DNA of 64,000 nt from Takakia lepidozioides (Eukaryota; Plantae; Bryophyta), in NCBI GenBank assembly GCA_030704615.1, contig CM060734.1, positions 49,972,001 to 50,036,000 on the forward strand. The letters run 5' to 3'. Under the pieces are notes generated by a model. The model had not been told where the DNA came from and ran no database searches. It was given only the letters and a program-made list of their open reading frames with translations. Made by a program: the position numbers and the translations under genes. This document shows positions 1-12,900 of the stretch, piece after piece (positions within the stretch are counted from its first letter, which is position 1; the number at the start of each line of letters is the position of its first letter).

Positions 1-713
1 GACATCACTGAAAAGAAACCACGTCCTTTGGCAATGCAGAAGTGGTGGTTAAGCTCACCCGGGCCCCAAGGTAGCGGATCGCCCAGTCCCTCACGTAGGA
101 TCTCTTGACTTTCTGCCCGGAAAGTGTAGTAAGACACCAGAATTCTCCATACCTGGGATTCTGATGTACAGATCTTGTATATCCAACTTGATAAGGGGAA
201 AGACATTGCTCATTGCTTGCTGCTCCTGCAGGGGGTCAGTGAAAAACTCCTCTTCTTCTGGTACTGGAGGGGAGAGGCACTGCTCCAGGATGTGCGGGGG
301 TCTTGCCTCACTGATGTGGGCTTTCGGGGGCAGATCCGTCGAAGGTGGCGGGATTGCTTAGGCCTGTAAATTTGCCTTGAGCTGGCCGATCTTTCCTGGT
401 GGGCCCAGTAGAAGCCTCGGCTTGAGCTTGGCTGGGACCCCTTAGGCGGGTGCCTGCTTGAGTGACCCGACTGGCGATGCGGCTAGTCTGAGGACTTGGA
501 GCGAAGGAACATGGAATTCGGCACCATGGCACGCAACACAGAGAGAGGTGCCTGGGAAGGATTAGGGACACTAAGAGAGGTAGTAACGAGTGAATTGCAA
601 ACAACTAGAGAGGAGAAAGCAGGAAGGCAATTAAGGTAGCCGGATTGAGCACCGAGAACTAGACTATAAAAGAAGAAGCAGTCATACTGAATAAGGAGAA
701 TTAAACCGGCAAT

Positions 714-1050
714 GCAGACTCTCAGATGGTTCTACTGCGGAAATTAACAGGGAAGCCGAGAGAATCTGGAGCTAGGATGAACACAGGCCACTAAACACAA
801 TAACACGAGGCCACTGACTACCTCGTAACGAGAGCCTGGGGTGGGAGAAGCGCTAAGCGTTGGCTCCAAGTGGAGTGACAGGGACAGCTCAAAACGCGCT
901 GAAGACTCTCTGATGGATCTACTGTGGAAATTAACAGGGAAGCCGAGTGGATCTGGAGCCTGTATGAACACAAGGCCAGCAACTACCTCGTAGCGAGAGC
1001 CCGGGGGATGAGTTAGCTCCAAGTGGAGTGAAAGAGACAGCTCAAAACGT
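714..1050. repeat. Two imperfect tandem copies of a ~190-bp unit, probably TE-derived
   Basis: gactctc..atgg.tctactg.ggaaattaacagggaagccgag...ctccaagtggagtga.ag.gacagctcaaaacg occurs at ~717-897 and ~904-1050. Confidence 0.8.
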
Positions 1051-1361
1051 CATTGATATCAGCCGGCAACCGAGAGGGGGGAAGCAAAGTTAAGGGGCTG
1101 AGGCGGCGGAACACGCACGAAATGATGAATGAGACAAGGCAGGTATAGGATGAACCGAAGGGATGTCGAGGTAGTCACCAAAAGATCAGCGAAAGAGGCT
1201 TAAATGTATTTAGAAAATCATACAAACCAAGTGTTTAAAGCATGGACTCCATTTGCTTCCGGGGAGGCCCTGCTTCAGCTGGCGATCGGTAGAGAGAGAC
1301 CACATGAGAGAGACGAAGTGACCATTGGGCCTCGCTCTCACCGCGAAACGCGGAGCCCCCA

Positions 1362-1760
1362 GGAGTTTTAATTTCCCACTGAGAAAATCAAATTTAGTAG
1401 TAGTTTTGGGAGCGAGAGTTTTAATTTCGCATTGAGAAAATAAAATTTAGTTGTAATTTCGGGAGTGAGAGTTTTAATTTCGCACTGAGAAAATAAAATG
1501 AAGTAGGAGTTTCGGGAGTGAGAGTTTCGTCTCGATGAATTATCCATGGACATGACAACCTTTAAGGTCTCTTGGAGTCTCAGCGCCCTTTTCTCAAGAC
1601 TATCATGGAAAGGGCAAATCCCACGCCTATAGGGTAACATGTTTATCATGTATAGGGGTTACCAGTTTCTTAAGTGTTGTTGGGAGGGCCTATGTGAGCA
1701 GTTAAAATAGGGGTTACCTATTTCTTAAGTGTTGCTGGGAGAGCCTATGTGAGCAGTTTT
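1362..1760. repeat. Short tandem repeats: ~54-bp unit x3 (1362-1530) and ~56-bp unit x2 (1652-1758)
   Basis: gagttttaatttc.ca.tgagaaaat.aaat repeated three times; ataggggttacc..tttcttaagtgttg.tgggag.gcctatgtgagcagtt repeated twice. Confidence 0.75.
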
Positions 1761-1969
1761 AGTTTCGCAAAATTTTTAGTTTCTCAATTTCTGTTTCGCT
1801 GAAGAATATTCGAGAGGCATCTTAGGAATATGCAGTATATTCGCTTGTGCTCACGCCCACATGGGCATGCTCATGCCCTACCCAACCTGAAGCTTGCTAG
1901 CCCAAGGCTACGCGGTATTAGGAGGGAGGTACAAGGATCCCACTAACTTAGCCCACTACACAAATCTCT

Positions 1970-2052
1970 GCCCGACCATGCCACCAAGATTTGAACCCAG
2001 TAACCATCTGGGCAGCATTTAATGAGGTAACCAATTGGGCGACTGAGTGGTA
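1970..2052 (-). mobile_element. Putative tRNA-derived SINE head; related copy at ~5440-5490
   Basis: Minus strand has an A-box-like TCGCCCAATTGG and a B-box GGTTCAAATC. cccgac.atg....agatttgaaccca.ta.ca.ctggg is shared with 5442-5485. Confidence 0.45.
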
Positions 2053-5000
2053 CAAAGATTACGCTCTATATTAAAGCTTATGTAACAGGAAACAGGAAAG
2101 TGTAGTTGTAGATTAGCTCCTCGATAATCTCAGCTGCAGGCTTAACTTTTTGGAAGTCTCTGGGTCAGGGCTACGTTGCTGTGAGAGGTTCGCTCTCTTT
2201 CAGCACACTGCTGCACTTCACTGACTACAGTGTGTAGCCCTCATGGTGCAAAAGGGGTTTTATTTTTTTCCCCTCAATTCTGGAATAAATGATATATTTC
2301 ACGTTATTAAAAAAAAAAAAAACAGTGAACACAACTGGTAATCAATTATCAAGTCCTTTGTTGACTATTTTATAATTAATTAACACCATTAATATTTGTG
2401 TAAGGAGCGAGGAGCGTGCTAGTAACTTGGGGTTATTAGTTATCTAGTACGCTTCTGAGAACCACAAGTACGAAATTGACAAATTTAGTCAGAACAGGGT
2501 ATGTAGTATGTACATGGATCGCATAGATTAATTAGCGACACTGGACAGCTGGTTAGTGAGATTATGTCAGACTAAAGCGTGTAATTGGATGGACACATCA
2601 CACATAGAGTGGTGTAGCAGGCAGTAAGTAAGTGGGGTGTGTCAGATCACTAAAGTAGCTCCTCAGACTACCAGCTACTTGCCTCATGTGACCCACATAC
2701 TTCCACCTAATCAAACAGTAACGAGCCAGAGATTAATTTAGTACGCTGCATGATTGGCGTACTGTAGCAGTACTCTGTTACTATTACAAACTTTCCGACA
2801 GACACTTGTAATTACTAATGCCATATATTGAATCAGTCAACACTATAACTACTCTCTCAGACACTTGCCGCCATCCTCATAAACCCCCTAATAAATCACC
2901 CAGACCAGGCTCGTAATCAACCATTCATTCAGTTTATCAGGTCGGAAGGACAAGCAGCCTCCAGACAGTCACTACATATGTAACACGGTTCAAAATTATC
3001 AAGGCAGCGCGCTTCTCGAGGTGCTTGAAAACAGTAAGTATGCCCTTAGTAACCTGCCTTTAACTCTGCATTAGCCGTTAATCACTGATCGACTTCCTTC
3101 ATTTACTTCGATGAGACTCCCATTATTCATCGATCTTGAGGTCGCTCGGTCGCGGCGCCAGTATCCAGTGGTTAATGGTGCAGGGAATATTCAACTTATT
3201 ATACTGTTATAAAATATATAATTCTGGAGGTCCATTACCGCATATAATGGGAGCTCTGACTTGGAGCCCGAGACGTCAGGCCCACCCATTGTGTGACGTG
3301 TCTGGAAATGAGCTGACACGTAGCCATTACGTGGCATCACGTATGCATGGATGGAAGTTTTTCCCTTTGGATGATGTTATGACATTTGGATGAAGTTCTG
3401 TGGGTCACCTTGTGGATGACGTTTTGCATGAACCATCAAAGTCGCGATCCGAGCCTGCATCCCGTGATCGTGACCATCGAAAATCCTGTGATTTGTCTTC
3501 TGAAGTTATGAGATCTGTTTTTCTGGTACAATTTATAATAATTTTTGGATCAATTTAACATGTTTAAAAAATTGAAGTAAACATGAAACAAAACAATGTC
3601 ACTACAGGGGAGAATGGATGTCTTCACAAAAATATTTTTTATTGCAGTTTTCATCCATCAGCTGTATTCATTGTTTTACATTTTGTCTCATTGAGGGGGC
3701 CACTTAAGTTACGTACCCTGGGGGCGTGGCTTTTGTTTTGGTCGGTGCGTGAACAGTTAGATGGTGATGGTGCGAAGTCCGTGACGGAAGTTTTCTATTT
3801 ACCCTTGTGTTGTCCCCCTAAAGTCGTCGTAGGAAACATCAGTATGAACAGAGAGAAGACTCCGGCCGAGGCTGGCGTAACTAAGAGCCACTATCAGTAT
3901 GAACATATAACTATTTACCCATGTGTCATGTTCCACTAAAGTCGTCCTAGGAAACATAAGTATCGCTATGAACATAACTATCTGGAGAGACTATTAGATC
4001 AGCAGCCTTGTCCAAACGATCCAAGCATATGATCCATTGTACACATCAACATGGGGGAAAAAAAACATAGGATCTTGGTTTAGTGCCCTGTGTTTTGTGA
4101 GGTGTGATACGATATCCCTATCCTCTCCTTTTGACCAAAACATATTTCTATATAGGTAGCTCCCGCGCAAGCCGATTCAGCCTTTCCATTTTGTTGCCTG
4201 CAAAGATGTCTATGGATGCAGGTTTGCAAATGCCACAAACTTTGCTTGGAGTTCCTGGAGTTCCCAATAATTTAACGGTCCCCATGGTCGAGAGGTTGTG
4301 TATGGTTGAGCTCTTAATGAATGGTGTCAAGACAATCTGGAATTGTGATGTTAGGTCCGGGCCCTTATGTTTCGAAATGCCCAATGTCTTATTGGGTCAT
4401 TGTATAAAGTGAACCCTCAATCAAACCTTCAAATTAAACGACATGTAAGTTATGTTACTGCAATATATGAATATGAATACATAATGGCACTGGTGTCGTA
4501 TTGTGACCGGATGCTTGTTCTTAGCTCTTATCACTCTTACAATCGTTTGGACCAAGTTCCAACTCGTCCAAGCAATCATATTGAGCAACCTAACAAGATG
4601 ACAATCAGGCCAGACGGAAAGTTGGAACTACCTATTATCACATGAACGCCTCACTTTTTCTTCATTCATTGGGCCACAACACGTGCTCCATTCCAGGGTC
4701 ACATTCCGTCGGCATGAAATGATTTAACTTACGACGTGGTCTTGCCCCAATAGGCTTGCAGCCTACAGGGCCTACATACTTCCATGTGGTCAAACCCGAA
4801 TAAACGATGATGTCATGGTCAAGCTTTGATCTGCAAACAAACCTTCTCTTGGTGGGTCCGACAAGCGTGAAGCAAAGAGTTTGACTTTGATGGCCGACTA
4901 AGTTATATGCAGGGAGTTAGTTGTTGCCATAACCTATGCACCACTCTCCCTCTTCCATTTTTCTTGTTTGTCTGTCTCCCGTCATCATGCTCTCACCCTC

Positions 5001-6931
5001 TCAGACTTCCTTTGTTTTCCGGTTTCCTTCTTTTCTCTTAATCTGGCATCACCTCCCCAACTGATTTGACGCCTGAATATCTCTGTTGCAAAGCGGATTT
5101 ATCGTTGGATCTCCATGGCCCCACAGCAATCACCATTCTTGGCTGTTTATACTATATTCTTTACAGTATCCCCAAAATTATTCAAGGCAATCAGGCCCCT
5201 ATATATATATATATATTTTTAAGAGCTTAATTTTCAGGGGTTTTAATTTTTTCCCCGAATAATTTTTATCAATAAATTAACCAGGGCTACAATTCCCCTG
5301 TTCATAATTTTAAAAAAAAAATCTATTCTCTTAAAGTTCGGGAGGCGTAAATTATGGTGTGGAGAGAAAATAACCTGGCAAATAATAACAAATAATAATA
5401 ACCTGAAGGGCCCTTGGGAGTGTGTAGGAGATTATCCCACACCCGACAATGTAGCCAGATTTGAACCCAATATCAGCTGGGCCGCACTCCCATACCGACA
5501 ATCTTTCAAGCGAAAGGAAGAGCATATGTAAAATGGCGAAATCTGAGAGAGATAAGAGTTGGCATTGATCGTACCCCTTGCGGTGGGTCCTACGGTTTCA
5601 GTTGGCGAAACCAGGACCGCAAGCCACGTCACCACGTTGGCGCTACCTCTGCACCGCGCTACTGCTATGCTCTGCTCTGCTCTGTCTCGCGACTCGCATG
5701 GAGCTTGGCACCGCACCGCTGCGCAGCACAGCAGCATATTGGCCGATGCTCCGATTAGCGCCGGACCTGCCTTCTTCTGCTGTGCGACCGCTGCATTCTT
5801 TTCGTACGGACTCGTCTGTGGAAGTATTTCATTCGGGGACCAGGCTTTCTTTGCTTTAGAACGTCATTGATCAGTTTATGGAAGCTTACAGTTTGTGATT
5901 TGCATCGGCCTTTCGTGTCCATTGCCGGTTCATACCAAGCACGTTCGTTCTGGGGATGATTCAGCAAACACTGAAAGCGCACTTCCGCTGGTCACGTCTG
6001 TATAGCGCGTGTTTGTGTTCGGGATTGTTTATTGAACTCACATTGAATCTCTGCAAACTGCGCGGGCTTGCGTGTCTATCGCCTTCTTGCACGGTAAATT
6101 AGTCTGCGTTCCCAAATGTCGAAAACACACTCTGTGGTTTGAGTTCTTGATTTTTTGCAAGTTATGCAGGCCTCACTCTTATGTGATAGCACAAAGCACG
6201 CAGTGCACATTATCGAATGAGTTTTAGCATCGCTCTTTTTCCGTCATTGTTCCGATTTTTTTATTCGCAGCATTGTCTTTCAGCTATCTCCTTGTCAACC
6301 AAAGTCGAAAGTTTATCATCTGTCGGAAAGTGTTTCGGTACCATCGTCACTTGGACCTATGTCGCTCACAATTGTAAGGTTTTGTGATGTTTTCTTTCTT
6401 GAAATTCTTGTGTAATCACTTTGAGCATACCTCTCCAGTGCAGCTGTTAAATCATTAGCCCTTGTTATCCTGCGTTAGATATGAAGTAGCATTTGATCGA
6501 GAAGGTCCCAGTTCTATTTGTATTTCTTTGTTTCCTCCAGGGAGACAATGGTGCGGTTATGAGGGGCATTAGCAGGGGGCAGTTCGCATACTTGGAGATC
6601 TGAGACTCAGAGACTTGAACTGTGACAGCGACGCACTTGTTCTGACGTTGCACGGAATCTAAGAACCCAGGGGCTCAAGACAGCGACGTACTTGCTTTCA
6701 CGTTGCACTTTCTACAAATTCAAATCGGACTCTCTCCATTTTCGCGCCGGCATGTAAATCTTGATGGAAAGGATTGACAGCATTTCTCCTTGTGTACTAA
6801 AACGCAGCCAGGTAGTGCCCCATAGTGGCGCATGGAGACCGATTCACTTTCTTAGGCGAAAACTAGCGAGGGATGAGTGCAAGTGAGTTTGAAGTCAAAG
6901 GTGAAGAAAGGAGACTCCTAGCAACTGGTGC

Positions 6932-9900
6932 ATGATGGAATTAGCAGACTATGGGATGGACGACTGTCAGATCCGAGCAGGCCGTGAGAACACTTGCATA
7001 TCGCCAGTCTGTACGCCAATTGGGAATAACTCTCCGTCTAGTGTGGAAGGCACTTCTACTCCTTCCCCCTCTGATCGCCGGGCTGAGCGACGGGTAATCA
7101 GCATACTTCGCCTCTTCGTCCCACTGTCTGTGTGCGCATATTCCCTTAGTTCTCTCTCTTTTGGTGCAGTGAACTATCTTTTATGCTCTCGTTCCCTGCT
7201 CACATCTTCCTCGTCCGGTGCAGTAACGATAGTTTCTCTCTTTTGCTTGCCATACGTTTTCTATCGCCTTTGCAATCAACAAATATATTCGCTTTTGACA
7301 CCTTAGACCTCAGCAAAGCATCCAGCAATTTGGCAATCTTGTCCTTCTGTTTCCCTCTGTGGACGTTGTCTCCTTCGTGGGATTTACTCGCACCATCTTA
7401 GGGGAGACAACTGTTTATGACTGTGCATCTAGATGGTGGATGAATGCCCCTCTCAATCTCATCAGGCGCTAGTATCAGGAATGTGGTCAGTTCCCTGCTT
7501 TAGTCCCATAGCCATTAGGCTATTGGAAAGAAAAGTTTCCCGAGTCATATTTACTACAAGCAACCCCTACATAATATTTTTTCTGCCACCTCCTCGTTAA
7601 CTGGATGTATTCTTGCAAGACGCCTTTCTGCCTTCCAGCCATTACTGCAGGGAATAGATGAGCATCCACCAGATGCCACCTAATTTTCCCTTGCCCATAG
7701 CTTGGGCAATTGGAAAGTTGCACATATCCAGTAGGGGCATAGTGACTCCTCAAGTGAAGTGTCCTAAGTTTCCTAAGAGGCCACAGATTTACTGTAGCCT
7801 CTCTCTGGACCTGATACCAGCTATCAGGACTATGACCTGCTGTAAATTGAATGCAACAACAGGTAATTAGTGAAGACCAAACTCCCAAACAACTTGGTTC
7901 ACAGCCACCTCGGCTCTATGATTGACAGTCTTATTGACAGTGCAGTGGAGAGCAGATAAGCAGAGCCAATCTCGGTGCCCAGCAAACAGAAATCAAGGGC
8001 AATGGGTATGTCTCTCATTAACTGTTGATGGAAAATGGGAATAGCATGTCTGTAACAATATAAGAATGCGTTGAACGCTAAGCTCATCTAAAGTCGTTGT
8101 GATCACATAGACAACTTACATGTGTGCCAAGAACGAGGATTACTCGACCTTCTCCTGCAAATACTTGCTACAATTGGGGAAAATCACCTTTCTGGAGCAG
8201 GTTGGGAAGTGTCCAGAGAGAGCAAAAGAACTACATAGCTGGCACCTTGTTTGGGTAAAGGTCTAGAGGAAGGAGGGAAGAGCGTGCTTAATATTAATCG
8301 TAGTGATGAATGACTGTTGCTACACTTTGCGTCAATGTTCTCGTTCTTTCTGTCAGAATGTGTAAAGTTATGTCATTCGCAGCATGAACTGTGTGAGGTC
8401 TTGTAATCCTCTTATCACCAAATTTTGTGTCTGTCAATTGGCAGATTTTCTGGTGAACAACTCACAGATTATCTGGCAAAATTCATAAAGCTGTTATTCT
8501 TTTTATGTAGATACTCTGTAAGAATTGGGAGCTGCATGATCGTTCAATGTGTCGCTACCAAGGCAACATTGGTCCTGTCTGCAAGTGGTAAGTTGCTTGA
8601 TATTATCCCACATTCCTTCCTCAAGTATCAGAGTGGTGTGGTGTAGTAACGATTCTATCTAATGTGGATTGCGTTCTGAATCTATCCGTTCAGGGGAATT
8701 TCACAAAGTAACTAGAAAGTGAGTTCCAAGGAGGAGGATTAGATGTCTCCAGCACAAATTTTTAGGGACAGATAAGAAGAGATGGGGGCAGCAGAGTGGG
8801 GCCTGCAATGGTTTGGGGGAGGGAGGTGGTGTGTAGATACAAGTGCCACAAACTGTTTGGAATTTGGGTTTGTATTATGTGGACTTCACAAGAAGAGAAC
8901 GTGGATATGTACAGCACAATACCAAAGCAGGCTCACAAGAAGCACAAGGGCCGACACTCTTCAGCCTCAAAAGCTTGCCTCATGGAAAAGTTTGAACATG
9001 TGGCACCCCCTCAAGAGGAGGTACATCCTTTTTGTGTCTTGATGCTGTTGATCTTCATCTCTTCAATTCGAAATTGAGCTTTGCAATGTAGCTTCATAAG
9101 GACTGCCTTTGGTCCTAGGTTTTATGCAAGGATGTTATCAACAAATGGAAAAGCTAGAAAGACACCTATAGGTAGATTGTAACCTTGAAAACACTAATGA
9201 CTTGTTTGTTGTCAATGCCTAATTTTTAAAAATCAGAACTACGTTCATTAGCCTTGTTTGCTTGGTGGCATGAAATGCAAACAAAGTCATCACTGTACAC
9301 TGATTTTGGCTTCGTCGGCAGGGTGTTGCAGGTTCAGGTGATCTAAAAATCAGCAAGACATTTGAGAGACTTGTAGAGCGGTCAGAATTGCAAGAGGAAG
9401 TGGGTTCAGACTCCATTCCTTGTGTTGAAAGACTTTGCCAATTTTATTTTCATTTCTTTTTGGTGATGTTGGGTGGTTATTTTGCATGGATTGGTTGCTT
9501 CTTCTCTTCTTGCTTTCTAGAACTTTAGTTCTTATTCTTGGGATCTGGTTTTGTTTCCTCTCTCATGTTCTTCCATTTTGTCCCATAAAGCTATATGAGC
9601 TTTCCGCGGACGTTATAAAGCACCATTTCATTTCATTTCTCTCTCCCTCTCTGGGCCTTACCACTGAACTGATGAAAAATTGTGTGCAGGTATTCATATT
9701 ACATAAACGGCTGCAGGAGGAAGTGAAATTGCGTATAGCATTTGAAAGGGCTATGGAATGTGCCACTGGAGCTCTGTCAGGCTTCGCATGTCATCTTCCA
9801 ATTAGTGTAATAATTCTTGCAGAATAGCTTCTTAAATTATTCATCTTCTGCTATTGTATAGGTGTTTCTCGCTGTTTATTTTTCTTTTCTAGGCATCAAC

Positions 9901-12900
9901 TGTGCCTGCAATGTGTCTGACTGATGAGGTGATGCAGGCTCGGGACCTCTTGGCAGACATTGCTGTGCTGGAAGTGGCGGTGTTGAAACTAGAGGAGCAG
10001 ACCAAGACTTTGCAGTATCAACTAGGACATGAGCGTACAGAGCGAGAAATTATGGAACTCCTCAATGAAACCTCAGACAATACCTTGGAGCCTAGCAGGC
10101 AAGAAATTCCAGTCCATTCTTCTGCATCCACAGCTGGTAAAGCTATTCCTGTAGAGGCTCAGTTGAAACCTGTCCAAATGCCTCCATTTACAACTGTTAC
10201 TATTCAGGAACATCCACAGTCCACCTCACCTGTCAGGCATGCCGATGGTCAGTGGAGTTCACCTCCTCAGCAAAGTTTACAGTCCTTGAGGCCTGGACAG
10301 GAGCCACAGCGCCAATCACTTTGGCAGGTGAGTTATCTTCAGTTATCTGCTATCATGCTGTTGTGGGGAGGGTTTTCTTTCTCTCCAAGTTGATGTTATA
10401 AAGCACCATTTCATTTCATTTCCTTTCTCCAAGTTGATGTTTCAGGTCTACATGCCTCATTGCAATTTGCCAAATTTGGTGTTGCATGCACTGAAGATGT
10501 AGGAAAAGGTGATGTTGAAACTTGAGAACTTTGCTGGCGTGGTTGGATTTCTTCACAGGAACATCCATGCCTTCAGCTCGGGGAAGATCTCCGGTCAACA
10601 AACCCTGATACTGCGGAGGAGGATGAACTGTCCCCATCACCCAGGCAACCTCCACAGCTTAAGTGTCAAGAGACACACAGCCCAAATCACCTGGCACATT
10701 CAGGCTGGCACGAGCAGCTGACCATACCTCTGGCTTTGAATGAAGACAACCCCTGTGCGCCATCTCTTGAGGAACATCCATCATCGATGTTGTGTGTGCA
10801 AGATGGACAGTCGCTGTCAGATGATACTCCAGAGCATTTACTGTCATCGATGTTGCCTGAAACCTTTGAGGAGGAAGCAACCCTACTGGCTCCAGATATT
10901 GCCTGTGAAGAACATCTGTGCCTTCCATATCCTTTGAACCCCGAAGAACATCAAAGGCCCACAGTATCTTTCACTCCCAAGCAGCTCGGAAAGGTCACCT
11001 CTCAGGTTTCTTCAGATCAACACATGCAGGGGTTGCCCAGTCCATCACCCATTTCCAAGCAGACTGACTGCTGGAGTTCTTCAGAAGATAGATGTTCTTC
11101 CAAAAGTCAATCTGTGGGCAATAATCTCACATATGAAGAGGAATCTTGTTTGCAGCAAGCTGACATTCCTTCTGCAGGCGAGGTACATTCTTTTCCCGTA
11201 CTGCCTTTCCCACAAGAGAAGCAAGAATTACTACATCTGCAGGAAGCAAATAGCAAGCAGTGGACACAAGGGTGAGGGAAGCAAATGTAAGGAATGCAAA
11301 ATGAACAGGAAATAAAGACGAGGTCATGAGAGAGGGAATGTTTTTAGCATGGTTTGTTGAACTACTGTGGACTTTGCAGCAAAAGATCAAATACCGCACC
11401 AGCATCATGAAAATTCGTGAGCAACGGAGACAGGGATTTGGGGAGAAGCATCTGGATGAAATAAGATACCTGGGTTCCCCTGGTACTCATAGCAGCTCCT
11501 CAGTATGTAGCATATCTCCTACTAGCTTTAATTATGTCTGGATGTTGGTGATTGATCTCAATGTTAATCATACTGTTTGTCCTATTAAGCTGTTGAGTAC
11601 ATTTGACTTTCTCACATGCATCTTCCACCAAAATCTATGTCTGTTGGTTGGTTACGTGTTGATGATGTGAATCTGCTATCATAACTCAGTAGTTGTGTGT
11701 CACAGCTAAAGACGTGTCCAGGGTTTTCTTCAACAAGCTCCAGGACAGATTGTGAGGATGGATTGGACATGGAAAGTCCGAATTTACTGTCAGAGCGAAT
11801 GGTGGGATGCATGGGCAATATCTACTGTCATCTGTCAGACGCAAATGCTACTTTCTCAAAGGGCTCATCCTCTCACAGCATCCATTCTCCAACATCCCCT
11901 TTTGGGCATCTCACTTCCTCATCTCTTTCCTCTCTTTCTGAGTCTTCTCTGTTGTCATTTACAAGGAGCCCATTGGTGGATCTTCGTAACAAGGAGGAGG
12001 TCATAGGAACAGATGCCAGTCCTGACCCATTCAAAGCACGGGGGAAGCTACCATGGGCTGATATTGGTGTCTATCGCCAAGCGGTTGAAGTTCCACAGTT
12101 GTCTGTGGGCAAAGAGCAGCTTGATTATGCTGCACAGGCTCTACGAAAGTTCAAGTGAGTTATTGTATTCAAATTTATCTTTCCTCATGCCCTTCTGTAA
12201 CCTTTGTTATCTTTTCTCTGTGTCCTCACCCTTCAGATTGATGTGGAGTTTAATAGGAGAAGAGTGGTGATGGAAGGCCAGGTTATTGGTGGAGCAACTG
12301 TCAAGAGTCGAGATTTCATTTATGTCACACAATGAAAAGCTAGCCTTCTGGATAAATGTCTACAACGCCCTCCTCATGCATGTAAGACTTGTCCTACTGC
12401 TAAAACACAAATCGTTGTTGTCTTCGCTGGTTCCTTCTTCATTGGTTTTGGGCATTTTACATTGCTGCTGGTATGGAGCTTCTGCATGGCCCCTGTCGTC
12501 ATCAGCCACTGTTATCTAGGCATGGTTTCAGGAGGCAGATAATAGTTGCAAGTGGAAGTCTTTGTTCTGTTCAGAGAAGAAACTGAACCAGGCATATAAG
12601 GTTGTGAAGTGGTGACAGCTGTAAAAGGCTTGTTGTTCCTTGTCATTCAGATTCGCCATGACCACAAGGTGATCTTTTGTGATTTGTTTCCAGGCTTTTC
12701 TTGCGTATGGCATCCCGAGAAGTGACCTCAAATTTTTCTCTCTAATGCAGAAGGTGCTTGCAACCCTGAGTTTTGTGTTTTATCTTTACTGTAATGATGT
12801 GTTCTCACTTACATTCGACCTGATGTATAGGCAATAGTTACTAGTTCAGTTGCAGGAACTTAACAGTAAGACTATCCTGGTTCTGTGGGTGAATCATACA

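Noticed and set aside
1-600. LINE ORF1 (DUF4283-like) on the minus strand
   Set aside because: Only a weak KGRGFFSV resemblance and no continuous frame; not supportable without a search
1362-1760. CRISPR-like repeat-spacer array
   Set aside because: The units are whole degenerate tandem copies without unique spacers, there are no cas genes, and the context is eukaryotic
9531-9639. miRNA or snoRNA precursor
   Set aside because: No long hairpin or C/D or H/ACA layout; variable 5' truncation and a TSD on a sister copy fit retroposition better
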